From: Gammaproteobacteria bacterium
GTDB taxonomy: Bacteria; Pseudomonadota; Gammaproteobacteria; Methylohalomonadales; Methylohalomonadaceae
Assembly (NCBI GenBank): GCA_040905025.1
Contig: JBBDSJ010000126.1
Coordinates: 5,833-69,832, forward strand
DNA: 64,000 nt
Direction: 5' to 3'
Both the position numbers and the translations under genes were made by a program. This document shows positions 28,928 to 40,031 of this stretch, piece after piece (position 1 is the first letter of the stretch; each line of letters opens with the position of its first letter). The notes under the pieces are model-generated. The model was given only the letters and a program-made list of their open reading frames with translations. It did no database searches and was not told where the DNA came from.

Positions 28928-30487
28928 TCATGGCTGACCGGGCACCGGTGTAACTGCTGCAGTCCGGGCCGCTTGAGCGGCAGCGCGCGGATCGTGATCG
29001 GCCGCATCGGTACTGGGATAAAGTTCATTCAGGGCCACTGAGCGGCCATTGGCCTGCATAATCCGAACATGGAATGGTCGCAGGCGATGCGGGCCGGGCA
29101 CTCCACAGGCGTGTGCAATCATCTCCACATCGCGGGTTATATTGAGCACATAATTGGCTACCTTTGCCGACTTGTCCTCGGGATTCAACGCCTTTTGCAA
29201 GCGCGGATTGTGGGTGGTAACTCCGGTCGGACAGGTATCCTGATTACAGCGCATAGCTTGAATGCAGCCCAGTGCAAACATGAAGCCGCGGGCATTATTG
29301 ACGCTGTCAGCACCAGCCGCCAGCGCCCAGGCCACCTCGGCCGGTGTCACCAGTTTGCCGGATGCCACCAGCGGGACGCGTTCCTTGAGGCCATGCTTCT
29401 TCAGCAGGTTCGCCAACATGGGCAATGACTCGCGAATGGACAAGCCGACGTTATCCAGCAATGGCATTGGCGCCGCACCCGTGCCACCGTCGCTGGAATC
29501 CAGAGTGATGAAATCGGGCGCGGCTTTGATGCCGCGGCGGTTGACTTCCTCGCACAGGGCTTCGAGCCAGCTGAACGAACCGAGTACCGTCTTGAATCCA
29601 ACCGGCTTGCCGGTTATCCGGCGAATACGTTCGATCATGTCCAGCAGTTCGGTGACACTGTCGATCTCCGGGTGCCGGTTGGGCGAGACCACATCCTCAC
29701 CCATGTTCACACTCCGGATGCGGGCGATTTCCGGGGTGATCTTGGCTGCCGGCAGAATCCCGCCCTTACCTGGCTTGGCGCCTTGCGAAAGCTTGACTTC
29801 GATCATGCGGACCTGCTCGTGGCCGGCGACCGACCGCAACTTGTCGTCACACAGGCGGCCATCCTCCGTGCGCACCCCGAACTTGGCAGTGCCTATCTGA
29901 AACACCAGATCACAGCCGCCTTCGAGATGATAGGGCGACAGCCCGCCCTCGCCGGTATTCAACCAACAACCGGCCATCCGCGCACCATGGGACAGGGCCC
30001 GGATCGCAGGAATCGACAGCGAACCGTAACTCATGGCCGAAATATTAAAAAAAGATGCCGGCGTATACGGGTGGGCGCTGTAAGGTCCGAATATCCTGGG
30101 GACACCGGCGGCCCGGTCTTCGACAAGCGTGGGAAACGGACAATTAACGAATATAATGGTACCAGCCAGTTCGTTATTCTGAGTCGAGCCAAAGGCGCTG
30201 GTGTTACCCCGGCCGGCAGCGGCGCGATCAACCCATTGCCGTTGGGCACGATTGAAAGGCCGTTCCTCACGATCCATGGCAAAAAAATACTGACGAAAGA
30301 ATTCACCTAGCTTGATGAACAAATACCGGAACCGGCCGATGACAGGAAAGTTATGCCGTATGGCATCGCGGCGCTGGCAAACATCGACAACAAAAAGCGC
30401 GGCGACCGCCGCCGCACCCAGACCGATCACAAATATAAACAGAACGGCCATGAATTCCAGCGCAGGGAACAAATGGGAATCAGGCAT
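28928..30487 (-). CDS. FMN-binding glutamate synthase-family protein (GltB domain 2-like), membrane anchored
   Basis: 519 aa with an N-terminal TM. NISAMSYGSLS, NTGEGGLSPYH, KLSQGAKPGKGGILP and DSSDGGTGAAP are signature segments of this family. Confidence 0.85.
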   Translation of the reverse strand: MPDSHLFPALEFMAVLFIFVIGLGAAAVAALFVVDVCQRRDAIRHNFPVIGRFRYLFIKLGEFFRQYFFAMDREERPFNRAQRQWVDRAAAGRGNTSAFGSTQNNELAGTIIFVNCPFPTLVEDRAAGVPRIFGPYSAHPYTPASFFNISAMSYGSLSIPAIRALSHGARMAGCWLNTGEGGLSPYHLEGGCDLVFQIGTAKFGVRTEDGRLCDDKLRSVAGHEQVRMIEVKLSQGAKPGKGGILPAAKITPEIARIRSVNMGEDVVSPNRHPEIDSVTELLDMIERIRRITGKPVGFKTVLGSFSWLEALCEEVNRRGIKAAPDFITLDSSDGGTGAAPMPLLDNVGLSIRESLPMLANLLKKHGLKERVPLVASGKLVTPAEVAWALAAGADSVNNARGFMFALGCIQAMRCNQDTCPTGVTTHNPRLQKALNPEDKSAKVANYVLNITRDVEMIAHACGVPGPHRLRPFHVRIMQANGRSVALNELYPSTDAADHDPRAAAQAARTAAVTPVPGQP

Positions 30488-31000
30488 TTTCTATTCCGGT
30501 TATGATGTTGAAATACACCGCATATCGCCGTAACTCAGATCATATCAGACAGCGGTAGACATACCTCAGTAATGGCCAGATATTGATCATGGCTCACAGA
30601 GACACGATGAATTCCGGCCGTGAAAAGCTGATGACCCAAATCAACGGGCCGGATCCGGCAAACTAAAACCTGAGACACCGTGCATGATCAGATCCAAACA
30701 ACAAAAACCAAATCAGGGAACCAGTAGCAACGTTACGGCGAGATATCATAATGTCATGCTGCCAGTACCATTTGACCTGTTAGACTTCATGAGCAGTTTT
30801 TATACCTCTGTCGAGACAACTGGTGCCGCGCTTACAAAGTATAGATGTAACCCGACAGTGAATGTTACAACGCCGCTGGAACGCGGCATGGCAGGAAATG
30901 AAAGTATATAGCCAAGTGCACAACAATAATTACCTGGAAACTGGTCGCCGTGTTACGAGGAAACGCAACAACAGACTTCTCTCTTTCCAAGGATGAAATT

Positions 31001-31155
31001 AAGAAAGCTCTGATTAATTCATCCGTGAATTCTCAGAGCACGAAAATCGAAAATTCTTATTTTCGATTTTCTTCATTTCTCAACCACTTAAGTGGTTGAG
31101 AAATGACAATACATCCATGTACTGCAGGAACCTCTGAATAAATCAGAGGTTCCTT
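31001..31155. repeat. MITE/REP-like modular repeat, copy E
   Basis: Runs from aagaaagctctgattaattc to ggaacctctgaataaatcagaggttcc. Internal hairpins are aaaatcgaaaattcttattttcgatttt and tctcaaccacttaagtggttgaga. It is the near reverse complement of copy G. Confidence 0.85.
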
Positions 31156-31183
31156 TATCAAAGCTTACCTGAAAATTTACTGT

Positions 31184-32455
31184 TCACACCACGCGGCGGG
31201 CAACATCGGCATTGGACTCACCCTGCTGATCCTCGAGTGACAGTAATCGTTCGCGATTGCCACCGGTCGCCAGCACCAGCCCTTTCTGATAGAAGCGGGC
31301 AGCCTCGGTATGCTCGCCCTGCTGGCGCAACAGATCTGCCAGTTCCCGGTAGGCTTCCGGCGTCGGCTGTAATTCAATTGCCTGATGCAGATAACTGCGG
31401 GCCTTGCCCCACAAGCCGTTACGCAAACTCAGTCGTGCCAGCGCCAGTAACAAAACTGATTCATGTGCATATTCCTTCAGAAATTTTTCCGCGAAAGCAA
31501 GTTGCTTACCGGTATCCTCTGCCTCAATCCGGCCGTACAGCGACATCAAGCCCGGATGCCAGCTCTTTTTCAATGCCGTGCGTAACAGGTTTTCAGATTT
31601 GCCGGTGTGATTGATGCGCAAACATTCACTGACATATGTCTCAATCAGTATCGATTCCTGGCGCAGGCGGCGTGGAATATCATTCCAGATGGTATCCAGT
31701 GCATCCCGGCGCCGGGCAACACCGGCACGGGTCAGCAGACCGCTATAGGCCTTGATCTCAAGGTCATGACGTTGCTGTTCGGATAGCAACCGCGCCCGTG
31801 CCAGTTGCGGCAAGAGTTGCAAAACCGCTTCCCAGTCACCCACCTGGCTGTAGGTTTGCACGAGTAATTGCTGGACATGCGCCTGATCGGGTTGTCGATC
31901 ATTGAGATGTTTCAAAGTCGCCAGTGCCTGTTCGGTCTGGTGCTGGTTCATCTGTAATTCAGCCTGGGCGATGCCAATGATGATGTCGTTGTTCGGCGCC
32001 TGTTGATGCGCAAGGCGCAGAAAATTATCGCGCCGTTCAAGTGCACCCTGCTCCTGCGCGGCACGCGCCGCCGCCAGATAATTAATCAACGGCGCCCGGC
32101 TGCTTGGCGCACCACGTTGCAACAAACGTTCGGCACGTTTCCAGTCGCCCTCAATCAGGGCCAGCAAACCATTGCGCAGATAACGCTCGGCGCGCAGGCG
32201 CTTGCGCCCGGACTGCCAGTGCAACACCCGGCCGGGAAAACGCAGCGTCCCGAGCAGCAAACGCACACCGGTATAAAACAGAAACAGCGTGACCAATAAC
32301 GCCACGATAAAAAAGCTGAGCGATGTTTCAACCCGCCAGCCAGGCAGGCGAATAACCATATGACCGGGATAATCGTGGGCAAACAGGCCAATCCCTACAG
32401 CAGCCAACAGCGCCAGCAGTATCAGCAATAACAGTTTCAGGCCAAAGCGTCGCAT
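31184..32455 (-). CDS. hemY: HemY-like TPR membrane protein
   Basis: 423 aa with two N-terminal TM helices followed by TPR-like repeats. Its position after hemX matches the E. coli hemCDXY order. Confidence 0.8.
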   Translation of the reverse strand: MRRFGLKLLLLILLALLAAVGIGLFAHDYPGHMVIRLPGWRVETSLSFFIVALLVTLFLFYTGVRLLLGTLRFPGRVLHWQSGRKRLRAERYLRNGLLALIEGDWKRAERLLQRGAPSSRAPLINYLAAARAAQEQGALERRDNFLRLAHQQAPNNDIIIGIAQAELQMNQHQTEQALATLKHLNDRQPDQAHVQQLLVQTYSQVGDWEAVLQLLPQLARARLLSEQQRHDLEIKAYSGLLTRAGVARRRDALDTIWNDIPRRLRQESILIETYVSECLRINHTGKSENLLRTALKKSWHPGLMSLYGRIEAEDTGKQLAFAEKFLKEYAHESVLLLALARLSLRNGLWGKARSYLHQAIELQPTPEAYRELADLLRQQGEHTEAARFYQKGLVLATGGNRERLLSLEDQQGESNADVARRVV

Positions 32456-32460
32456 AATGT

Positions 32461-33555
32461 TTATCCGGCCGCCCGGCGGCGCTGAAAGGCGCGTACGGAT
32501 TCAAGTGAACCGCTGATATCCGGCAATGCCGGCGCCAGTTCAACCTCGCGCATTTGCGCGAGTGTTTCGCGCAGATTGATCACGGCTTCAGCATCAGTTG
32601 CAAAATAGCGTTGCAACCAGTCATCAATCAATTCAATGGACGTGCGCAGATTGCGGCTGTCATGACGCAACACCGCCGCACGGGCACTGGCCAGTTCAAT
32701 ACGTAAATTCTGGAACAGGTAATAGCGTTCATCCGGGGCCAGTAATGCCGGTGGCGGACTGTCTTCGCGCTGGATAACCACCAGTTGTTTCAGCTCGTGC
32801 CAGATCGCGCCGACAACATCGCGCCATCCCTCATGCCGGGATTCATATTCACCGACAGCAGGCAACATCCGCGTCGCCGCATCTTCCTGCAGCGGCAATG
32901 TTTCTGCGCGCAGAATCAGATCACTTAAGTACAAGGCCATGCCGGCAGTATCAACATCCGGTACAGCCTTCAATGCATTCAGATCTGCCGTTATCTGTTC
33001 ACGTACCGGTATCAACCCCGGATCATCAATTGCGCGCAGACGTTGCGCCGCTGACTCCAATGCCGCAATTGCTGATTCGTGATCACGCACCAGACTCAGC
33101 CGCTCCTGTGCGATCACAAGCAGGTACTCGACTTCCGCCAGTGCCCAGTCGAAATTATCGGCCTGTTCACGCTGCCGCAATCGCTGCAAGGCCGCCTCGG
33201 TCGCTGCCTGGGTTTGCTGCAGCAATTGCAGTTCGGCAACTATATCCTGTTGTGCCTGGTTGCCGGCCCTGACTTCAGCATTCAGCAACAACAAGTCATT
33301 CGTTATTGCATCCTGCTGTTGCTGATTGATCTGCATTTGCCAGACAGCATAAGCGGCCAGTCCCAGTGCAATGAGTACCAGCAACCATAACAGCCAGGCA
33401 AGTTGTCCGCCGGCATGCGGTTGACGCGAACCGGCCGCCACCACCGGCTCTATTGTAACGCCGGTAGCGTTTGCATCCGGCATGGCTTCACTGCTGACAG
33501 CATCAGCCGCTGTCGCTGTCGCATCTGTTGATTCCGGTTTTTTGTCTTCACTCAT
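32461..33555 (-). CDS. hemX: HemX-like membrane protein
   Basis: 364 aa with an acidic N-terminus, one TM helix (LAWLLWLLVLIALGLAAYAVW) and a long coiled-coil periplasmic part. It lies between hemD and hemY. Confidence 0.75.
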   Translation of the reverse strand: MSEDKKPESTDATATAADAVSSEAMPDANATGVTIEPVVAAGSRQPHAGGQLAWLLWLLVLIALGLAAYAVWQMQINQQQQDAITNDLLLLNAEVRAGNQAQQDIVAELQLLQQTQAATEAALQRLRQREQADNFDWALAEVEYLLVIAQERLSLVRDHESAIAALESAAQRLRAIDDPGLIPVREQITADLNALKAVPDVDTAGMALYLSDLILRAETLPLQEDAATRMLPAVGEYESRHEGWRDVVGAIWHELKQLVVIQREDSPPPALLAPDERYYLFQNLRIELASARAAVLRHDSRNLRTSIELIDDWLQRYFATDAEAVINLRETLAQMREVELAPALPDISGSLESVRAFQRRRAAG

Positions 33556-33579
33556 CGATCGCGATCCATTCAGGATTTA

Positions 33580-34377
33580 TTACAGTGTCTGCAATGCCGA
33601 GATTACTGCGCTGTCACCGCAACTGGCCGATACCGGCAAACAATTTTTAAAGCCTAGCGCATCTGCCTGTGCTGGCAAGTGCCGTCCCAATGCCAGCAAT
33701 CTGCAATCCAGCAACAGCGGTTGATACTGTACCGGCGTCATTTGCAACAATGCCTGTAATCCCATGGCACTGCTAACCACAATCGCCGCCGGTGGTTGTG
33801 ATTGCCAAAGCCCTGGCATTCGCGCTGCAGTACCGGCATGCACTACGCGCTGATAAACTTCGACAAAAACCGGTTTCGCTGCGCGTTTTTGTAATGTATC
33901 GGCAAGTAACTCACGGCCGCCTGTACCGCGCACAATAGCGACCTGTTTTTCCCGTACACGTTCATGTTGCAAAGCCGGCAACGCCAGCAAGGCTTCACTG
34001 TCAGCACCTTCAGCGGGCGTGGTCACGGTCACCACGCCGGCATTTTGTAGCGCCCGGCCAGTCGCCGGACCAACGGCAAGAACCTGCGAATTTCCTAATA
34101 CTGCCGACAGTTGCTGATCGACCAATAGTTGCTGTGACCAGTCTACCGCATTTCGACTCACGAATATGGCTATCGGGCTATTTTCCAGCTGCTGTAATGC
34201 GGCTATTGCGACAGTGCGATCTTCCGGTGCGATGATTTGAAGTGTCGGTGCTGCCACCACTTCCGCACCCAGCGCAGTCAATGCCAGACACAATGATTCG
34301 GCCTGTGCCTCCGGTCGCGTGATCCAGACACACCTGCCTGCCAGCGTTGCTGTCCCGGTTGCAGATGGCTCAGTCAT
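33580..34377 (-). CDS. hemD: uroporphyrinogen-III synthase
   Basis: ATG at 34377 overlaps the hemC stop (ATGACTGA). The sequence [24 protein letters not shown] is typical of HemD. The longer ORF-track start is inside hemC. Confidence 0.8.
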   Translation of the reverse strand: MTEPSATGTATLAGRCVWITRPEAQAESLCLALTALGAEVVAAPTLQIIAPEDRTVAIAALQQLENSPIAIFVSRNAVDWSQQLLVDQQLSAVLGNSQVLAVGPATGRALQNAGVVTVTTPAEGADSEALLALPALQHERVREKQVAIVRGTGGRELLADTLQKRAAKPVFVEVYQRVVHAGTAARMPGLWQSQPPAAIVVSSAMGLQALLQMTPVQYQPLLLDCRLLALGRHLPAQADALGFKNCLPVSASCGDSAVISALQTL

Positions 34378-35317
34378 GGGCCGCGTTTTGCAGCACATCC
34401 TGCAGGATTTTATCCGCTCCCTGGGCCAGCAATGCATCGGCGAGCCGGGTACCGAGTGCCTCGGCCTGTTGCTGCGGTCCGCTGACATGCGCACGCAAAA
34501 GTTCACTGCCATCAACGCGACCGACCAGACCGCGCAATTGCAGCTGCTCATTATCAAACTCGGCATAGGCCGCAATCGGCAACTGGCAACCACCATACAG
34601 ACGCTTGCTGCAGGCGCGTTCGGCCCGCATTGCGATCTCGGAACGGCTGTTATTCAACGGCGCCAGTAAAGCATGTGTTGCGGCATCATCAGCACGCGTT
34701 TCAATTCCGATCACACCCTGACCAATTGCCGGCAACAAAATTTCGGGCGCTAAAAATTCACTGATGCGGTGGCCGAGTCCAAGCCGCAGGACACCGGCCG
34801 CCGCGAGAACAATCGCATCATACTCACCGGCTTCGAGCTTGCCGAGACGGGTGCCGACATTGCCACGCAGATCATGCACCGACAGATCCGGACGCTGGCC
34901 ACGCAACTGGCACTGGCGGCGCAAACTTGAAGTGCCGACACGGGCACCGGCCGGCAATTGCGCCAGTGTCTGGCCAGCGGCACTGATCAGTACATCGCGG
35001 GGATCTTCACGACTTAGCCAGGCACTTAATGTCAGACCATCGGGCAAATCAATGGTGACGTCTTTCATCGAATGCACTGCCAGATCGGCACGCGCCTCGA
35101 TCAGGCACTGCTCGAGTTCCTTGATAAACAGACCCTTGCCACCGGCCGCCGCCAGCGGTGCATCGAGAAATCGATCCCCGGCAGTGGTCATGCCGATGAG
35201 CTCGACCTGCAAGTCAGCATGCTGTGCCCGCAACCGGGCAGCAACATGTTCAGCCTGCCACAACGCCAACGGGCTTTCGCGGGTAGCAATACGCAGGGTT
35301 TTTACCGGTGTGGACAT
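34370..35317 (-). CDS. hemC: hydroxymethylbilane synthase (porphobilinogen deaminase)
   Basis: 315 aa. [29 protein letters not shown] and SLRRQCQL are hallmark HemC segments. Confidence 0.95.
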   Translation of the reverse strand: MSTPVKTLRIATRESPLALWQAEHVAARLRAQHADLQVELIGMTTAGDRFLDAPLAAAGGKGLFIKELEQCLIEARADLAVHSMKDVTIDLPDGLTLSAWLSREDPRDVLISAAGQTLAQLPAGARVGTSSLRRQCQLRGQRPDLSVHDLRGNVGTRLGKLEAGEYDAIVLAAAGVLRLGLGHRISEFLAPEILLPAIGQGVIGIETRADDAATHALLAPLNNSRSEIAMRAERACSKRLYGGCQLPIAAYAEFDNEQLQLRGLVGRVDGSELLRAHVSGPQQQAEALGTRLADALLAQGADKILQDVLQNAAHD

Positions 35318-35442
35318 AACGCTGCAGGGATCAGTCTGGTCAAGGGCCTGATAGCCATGTTATCGGGGCTGGCGTGGTGGTGTCAGCATATTAGTGGCAT
35401 GATCGCATCTCAGCCCGGAACTTGCACGTCAACACAGACCTT

Positions 35443-36402
35443 ATGAAACTTGGTATCGTCATGGATCCCATCGCCGGGATCAATATCAAAAAGGACAGCA
35501 GTTTTGCGCTGCTGTTGGCGGCGCAACGGCGTGGCTGGGAATTGTATTATATGGAATTAACTGATTTGTTTGCCCGTGACGGCGACGTACTGGCCTCCAT
35601 GCGCGGCCTGAATGTCATGGACGATCCGGCAAACTGGTTTCAATTTTCCGATACATATGAAGCTTCCCTGAGCACACTTGACGTCATATTGATCCGCAAG
35701 GACCCGCCATTTGATTTGCAATACCTGCTGGCAACGTTTTTACTGGAACAGGCCGAACATGCTGGTGTCTCGGTAATAAACCGGCCGGCGAGTCTGCGCG
35801 ATTGCAATGAAAAAATTTTTACCCTGCAGTTCCCGCAATGCATTCCACCCACGCTGGTCAGCAGTGATGCTGCACAACTGCGGCGTTTCCTTGCTGAACA
35901 CCATGACATCATTATCAAACCGCCCGACGGCATGGGCGGCGCATCAATATTCCGCCTGCAGGAGCAGGATCCGAATATCAGTGTGATTCTGGAGACCGTT
36001 ACCCAACGAGGCACGCGCTATGCCATCGCCCAGCGCTACCTGGCCGAGATTAAGGCCGGTGACAAACGCATACTGATGATCGGTGGCGAACCGGTTGCTT
36101 ACGCACTGGCCCGCATTCCGGCCGCCGGTGAAACGCGCGGCAATCTGGCCGCCGGTGGTCGTGGTGAAGGGGTCGAATTGACCGCGCGGGATCGCTGGCT
36201 ATGTGAACAGGTCGGCCCGGCATTGCGCGAACGCGGCCTGTATTTTGTCGGCCTTGATGTGATTGGTGATTACCTGACCGAAATCAATGTCACCAGTCCA
36301 ACCTGTATCCGTGAGCTTGATACGATTTACAATCTGGATATCGCCGGTGATTTGCTGACACATATTGAATCGCTGCGAAACCCGGCCCGGATTTCTGTCT
36401 AG
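35443..36402 (+). CDS. gshB: glutathione synthetase
   Basis: ATG at 35443 (MKLGIVMDPI..INIKKDSSFALLLAAQRRG). The ATP-grasp C-terminal half contains GDKRILMIGGEP and NLAAGG. Confidence 0.9.
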   Translation: MKLGIVMDPIAGINIKKDSSFALLLAAQRRGWELYYMELTDLFARDGDVLASMRGLNVMDDPANWFQFSDTYEASLSTLDVILIRKDPPFDLQYLLATFLLEQAEHAGVSVINRPASLRDCNEKIFTLQFPQCIPPTLVSSDAAQLRRFLAEHHDIIIKPPDGMGGASIFRLQEQDPNISVILETVTQRGTRYAIAQRYLAEIKAGDKRILMIGGEPVAYALARIPAAGETRGNLAAGGRGEGVELTARDRWLCEQVGPALRERGLYFVGLDVIGDYLTEINVTSPTCIRELDTIYNLDIAGDLLTHIESLRNPARISV

Positions 36403-36472
36403 GCTTCTGCGGTCTACTCATGCTGACGCTATACTGTCCGACCAAACCCTTGTTAACGCGCCCGGATCTGAA

Positions 36473-37495
36473 TTGAGCGCCAAACCTGCCAAGCCCCTGA
36501 CAACCCCGGCGATTACACCGACCGATCGTTTCGGGATGACATTATTCCTGGCGATCGTTGTACATGCCGTTGCGGTACTCGGCGTCACGTTTCAGGCTGA
36601 AGATAAACCCGAGCCGAATTACGACACCATGGAAGTTATCCTGGTGCAGCAACAGAGCAAGCCACCCGAGGACGCTGATTATCTGGCGCAGGCCAATCTT
36701 GAAGGCGGCGGTGACAGTGAAGAAAAACTCAGCCCGCAAACACCTTTACCGGCACCGTTTCCGGATCCGAATCCGGAGGTCGCAGCGCCACCGCCCGCCG
36801 ATCCGGCGCCACCGCCCACCCCGGTAGCCGAAGCTGAAGTCGCCGAGGAAACACCGGCGCCGGAACCACTGCCCGAGCCCGAGCTGCTTGCCGCCGAAAC
36901 ATCGGAACCGGCCGAGCTGACAGCCGTTGAGGAAACCGAACCCACCGAAGACCCGCCGGCAGATCCGGAACCGGAACCGCAGGAAACCACGGCTGAAGCC
37001 GAACCGGCAGCGGAGCCGGTGGCCGCGACTGAACCCACGCCACCCCGGCCGACACCGAGTGCGGCAGCATTGATCAGCAGCAGCCAAAAGATTGCCGCAT
37101 TGAATGCCGAGATCCGCCGCAAAATGCAGGCGCAGGCCGAACGGCCCCGGCGCAAATTCATTTCCGCAAGTACACAGGAATACAAATACGCCAGCTATAT
37201 GGAAGCCTGGCGCGCCAAGGTCGAACGTGTCGGTAATCTGAATTATCCTGAGGAAGCACGCAAACGCGGCCTGACCGGCAGCCTGATCCTTGACGTGGCA
37301 TTGCGTCCGGACGGCGCGGTAGATCAGATCACCGTCCGGCGTTCTTCCGGCAACAAGATTCTCGACGATGCGGCGATCCGCATTGTCGAGTTATCCGCGC
37401 CGTTTGCTCCGTTGCCGGACAATATCCGTGCTGAAACCGACATTCTGCATATCACCCGCACCTGGCAATTCTTGAATAACGAGCGTTTCCGCTAG
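36473..37495 (+). CDS. tonB: TonB-family energy transducer
   Basis: There is a TM helix (MTLFLAIVVHAVAVLGV), a long Pro/Glu-rich spacer and a C-terminal TonB domain (YPEEARKRGLTGSLILDVALRPDGAV). The start is uncertain. The ORF is open from 36365, and TTG 36473 is my guess. Confidence 0.75.
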   Translation: MSAKPAKPLTTPAITPTDRFGMTLFLAIVVHAVAVLGVTFQAEDKPEPNYDTMEVILVQQQSKPPEDADYLAQANLEGGGDSEEKLSPQTPLPAPFPDPNPEVAAPPPADPAPPPTPVAEAEVAEETPAPEPLPEPELLAAETSEPAELTAVEETEPTEDPPADPEPEPQETTAEAEPAAEPVAATEPTPPRPTPSAAALISSSQKIAALNAEIRRKMQAQAERPRRKFISASTQEYKYASYMEAWRAKVERVGNLNYPEEARKRGLTGSLILDVALRPDGAVDQITVRRSSGNKILDDAAIRIVELSAPFAPLPDNIRAETDILHITRTWQFLNNERFR

Positions 37496-37539
37496 TTCGT
37501 TGACAGCGGTCAGCCCTGCAATTCTGTTAAACTGGCGCC

Positions 37540-38100
37540 ATGAAGTTTACTGATCTGACCAACCATTTCCTGATCGCCATGCCGAACCTGGCGGATCCGA
37601 ATTTTCATCACACCGTGACTTTTATCTGCGCCCATAATGAAGACGGCGCAATGGGCATCGTGATCAATCGGCCGCTGGACATGCAACTTGGCGAAATCCT
37701 GTCGCAAATGGATCTGCCCACGCAAAATCCGGCGGTTGAAAGCCTGCCGGTCTATCATGGCGGGCCGGTACAGAATGATCGCGGCTTTATTCTGCACAGC
37801 CCGGACAAACAATGGGACTCGTCGATTCAGATCAGCCCGACCATCAGCGTGACAACTTCGCGTGATATTCTGCAGTCAATAGCAGCGGGCAATGGCCCGA
37901 CCGAAAGTCTGGTCGCACTCGGTTACGCCGGCTGGGACGCCGGTCAGCTGGAAGTGGAACTCACCGAAAATGCCTGGCTGAGCGGACCGGCAGATGCCGA
38001 TGTCATTTTCCGGCAATCGTGTGAACAACGCTGGACTGCCGCCGCACGGGTGCTGGGTATTGATATCCAGACACTGTCAACGGATGTCGGTCACGCCTGA
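37540..38100 (+). CDS. yqgE: YqgE/AlgH family protein (UPF0301)
   Basis: 186 aa. LIAMPNLADPNFHHTVTFICAHNEDGAMGIVINRP is the family signature. Confidence 0.9.
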   Translation: MKFTDLTNHFLIAMPNLADPNFHHTVTFICAHNEDGAMGIVINRPLDMQLGEILSQMDLPTQNPAVESLPVYHGGPVQNDRGFILHSPDKQWDSSIQISPTISVTTSRDILQSIAAGNGPTESLVALGYAGWDAGQLEVELTENAWLSGPADADVIFRQSCEQRWTAAARVLGIDIQTLSTDVGHA

Positions 38101-38107
38101 CAAGCAC

Positions 38108-38518
38108 ATGACCGCAGCCGTGCAAACACTGCTCGGATTTGATGTTGGTGAAAAACGCATTGGTGTTGCGGTAGGCCAGACCTTGACCGCTACGGCTTCA
38201 CCACTCATTACGATTGCTGTCACGAATAACAGACCGGACTGGGCCGGCATCACTCAACTTATTGAGGACTGGCAACCACAGGCACTTGTCGTCGGTATTC
38301 CGCTGACCATGACTGACGCACGCCAGCCGATGACGGAGCGCGCCGAAAAATTCATGCGTCAATTGCAGGGCCGTTATAAGCTGCCAACCTATGGCATTGA
38401 TGAGCGCCTGTCATCGTATGAAGCACAAACCCGCCTGCGCAGCAGCTATGACGTTGATCCGGCTGCCGCACAGGTTATTCTGGAAACATGGCTGACGGAC
38501 AATGTTCCCGGCCGATAA
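38108..38518 (+). CDS. ruvX: putative pre-16S rRNA nuclease / Holliday junction resolvase-like YqgF
   Basis: ATG at 38108. LLGFDVGEKRIGVAVG is at the N-terminus. The yqgE-yqgF order is conserved. Confidence 0.9.
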   Translation: MTAAVQTLLGFDVGEKRIGVAVGQTLTATASPLITIAVTNNRPDWAGITQLIEDWQPQALVVGIPLTMTDARQPMTERAEKFMRQLQGRYKLPTYGIDERLSSYEAQTRLRSSYDVDPAAAQVILETWLTDNVPGR

Positions 38519-38537
38519 CTTAAATTTGACAGCAGAT

Positions 38538-39032
38538 ATGACAACACCTGACGTACAGACATTACTCGACAACATGACCAGCGCAGTGCGCGAGCTCATG
38601 GCCGGTCAGGACTACGTCATGGTTGGCATTCACAGTGGCGGCGTCTGGGTAGCGAAAGCCCTGCATCAGGCGCTTGGACTTGAAGCCCCGCTGGGCGAAC
38701 TGAGCATTGCGTTTTACCGTGACGATTTCAGCCGCATCGGCATGCACCCACATGTGCGGCCTTCACACCTGCCATTCGAGATTGAAAACCGGCATATCCT
38801 GCTGGTGGATGATGTGCTCTATACCGGCCGTACCGTCCGCGCCGCGTTAAATGAAATTTTCGATTTTGGCCGGCCGGCCAGTGTCACACTGGCGGTGCTG
38901 GTGGATCGCGGTAGCCGTGAACTGCCGGTGTATGCAGAAGTGGTCGGCACGCAGATGACGCTTAAACCCGGCGAGCATGTTAAACTGACCGGACCTGAAC
39001 CCCTGACACTCGTAATTAAACAGACTCAATAG
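38538..39032 (+). CDS. pyrR: PyrR, pyrimidine regulatory protein / uracil phosphoribosyltransferase
   Basis: ATG at 38538. The PRPP-binding motif is ILLVDDVLYTGRTVRAAL. It is located before pyrB. Confidence 0.85.
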   Translation: MTTPDVQTLLDNMTSAVRELMAGQDYVMVGIHSGGVWVAKALHQALGLEAPLGELSIAFYRDDFSRIGMHPHVRPSHLPFEIENRHILLVDDVLYTGRTVRAALNEIFDFGRPASVTLAVLVDRGSRELPVYAEVVGTQMTLKPGEHVKLTGPEPLTLVIKQTQ

Positions 39033-39041
39033 CCCGGCGGC

Positions 39042-40031
39042 ATGACTGGCCCTCACAACATCCAACTCGATACCCAGGGCCGTCTCAAGCATTTTCTTAC
39101 TACCGAAGGGTTAAGCTGCGAGCAGCTGACCGAAATCCTTGATACTGCCGAATCGTTTGCGGCGGTGGGTGACCGGCCGGTCAAGAAAGTGCCGCTACTG
39201 CGCGGCAAAACCGTCGTAAATCTGTTTTTTGAACCCAGCACCCGCACCCGCACCACTTTCGAACTGGCTGCCAAGCGTCTGTCCGCCGACGTTCTGAACC
39301 TGAATATCGAGGCCTCGGCCACGAAAAAGGGCGAGACCCTCGCCGACACCCTGCACACCCTTGAAGCCATGCATTGCGACATGTTCGTCATCCGGCATGC
39401 CGAAAGCGGCGCCGCCCATTACATCGCTCAACAGGTCGCGCCGCACGTCAGCGTCATCAATGGTGGCGATGGCAGCCATGCGCACCCGACCCAGGCCATG
39501 CTGGATATCTTTACCATGCGCCGGCACAAACCCGACCTGCGCAAACTTGTCGTGGCAATCGTCGGTGATATCACCCATTCGCGCGTCGCACGCTCGGAAA
39601 TTCATGCACTGAAAACTCTCGGTGCCGCCGAGATCCGGGTTGTCGGCCCACGTACCTTGATCCCGGCCGGGATCGAATCGCTCGGCGTGAAAGTGTTCTA
39701 TGACATGGATAGCGGTTTGAGAAATGCTGACGTTGTGATGATGCTGCGATTGCAGCGCGAACGCATGCATGGCGCATTTCTGCCCAGCGAACATGAATAC
39801 TTCCGTCGCTATGGCCTGACCATGGCGCGGCTCAAGGTGGCAAAACCGGATGTATTGGTCATGCATCCGGGGCCCATCAATCGTGGTGTTGAAATTGATT
39901 CACAGGTGGCCGATGGCCCGCACTCGGTGATCCTGCAACAGGTCAGTCATGGCATTGCCATACGCATGGCCGTCATGTCGATGACGCTGGCACATCAGGC
40001 CAGCCGCTCTGACGCCGGAGAGCCCGGCTGA
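39042..40031 (+). CDS. pyrB: aspartate carbamoyltransferase catalytic subunit
   Basis: 329 aa. Carbamoyl-phosphate and aspartate binding motifs [17 protein letters not shown] and HPGP are present. Confidence 0.95.
   Translation: MTGPHNIQLDTQGRLKHFLTTEGLSCEQLTEILDTAESFAAVGDRPVKKVPLLRGKTVVNLFFEPSTRTRTTFELAAKRLSADVLNLNIEASATKKGETLADTLHTLEAMHCDMFVIRHAESGAAHYIAQQVAPHVSVINGGDGSHAHPTQAMLDIFTMRRHKPDLRKLVVAIVGDITHSRVARSEIHALKTLGAAEIRVVGPRTLIPAGIESLGVKVFYDMDSGLRNADVVMMLRLQRERMHGAFLPSEHEYFRRYGLTMARLKVAKPDVLVMHPGPINRGVEIDSQVADGPHSVILQQVSHGIAIRMAVMSMTLAHQASRSDAGEPG

Noticed and set aside
30684-30911. 75-aa ORF in the 700-bp gap between the glutamate-synthase-like gene and hemY
   Set aside because: There is no ribosome-binding site and no recognisable motif, and the composition is unlike neighbouring genes. 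The region otherwise looks non-coding apart from repeat copy E.
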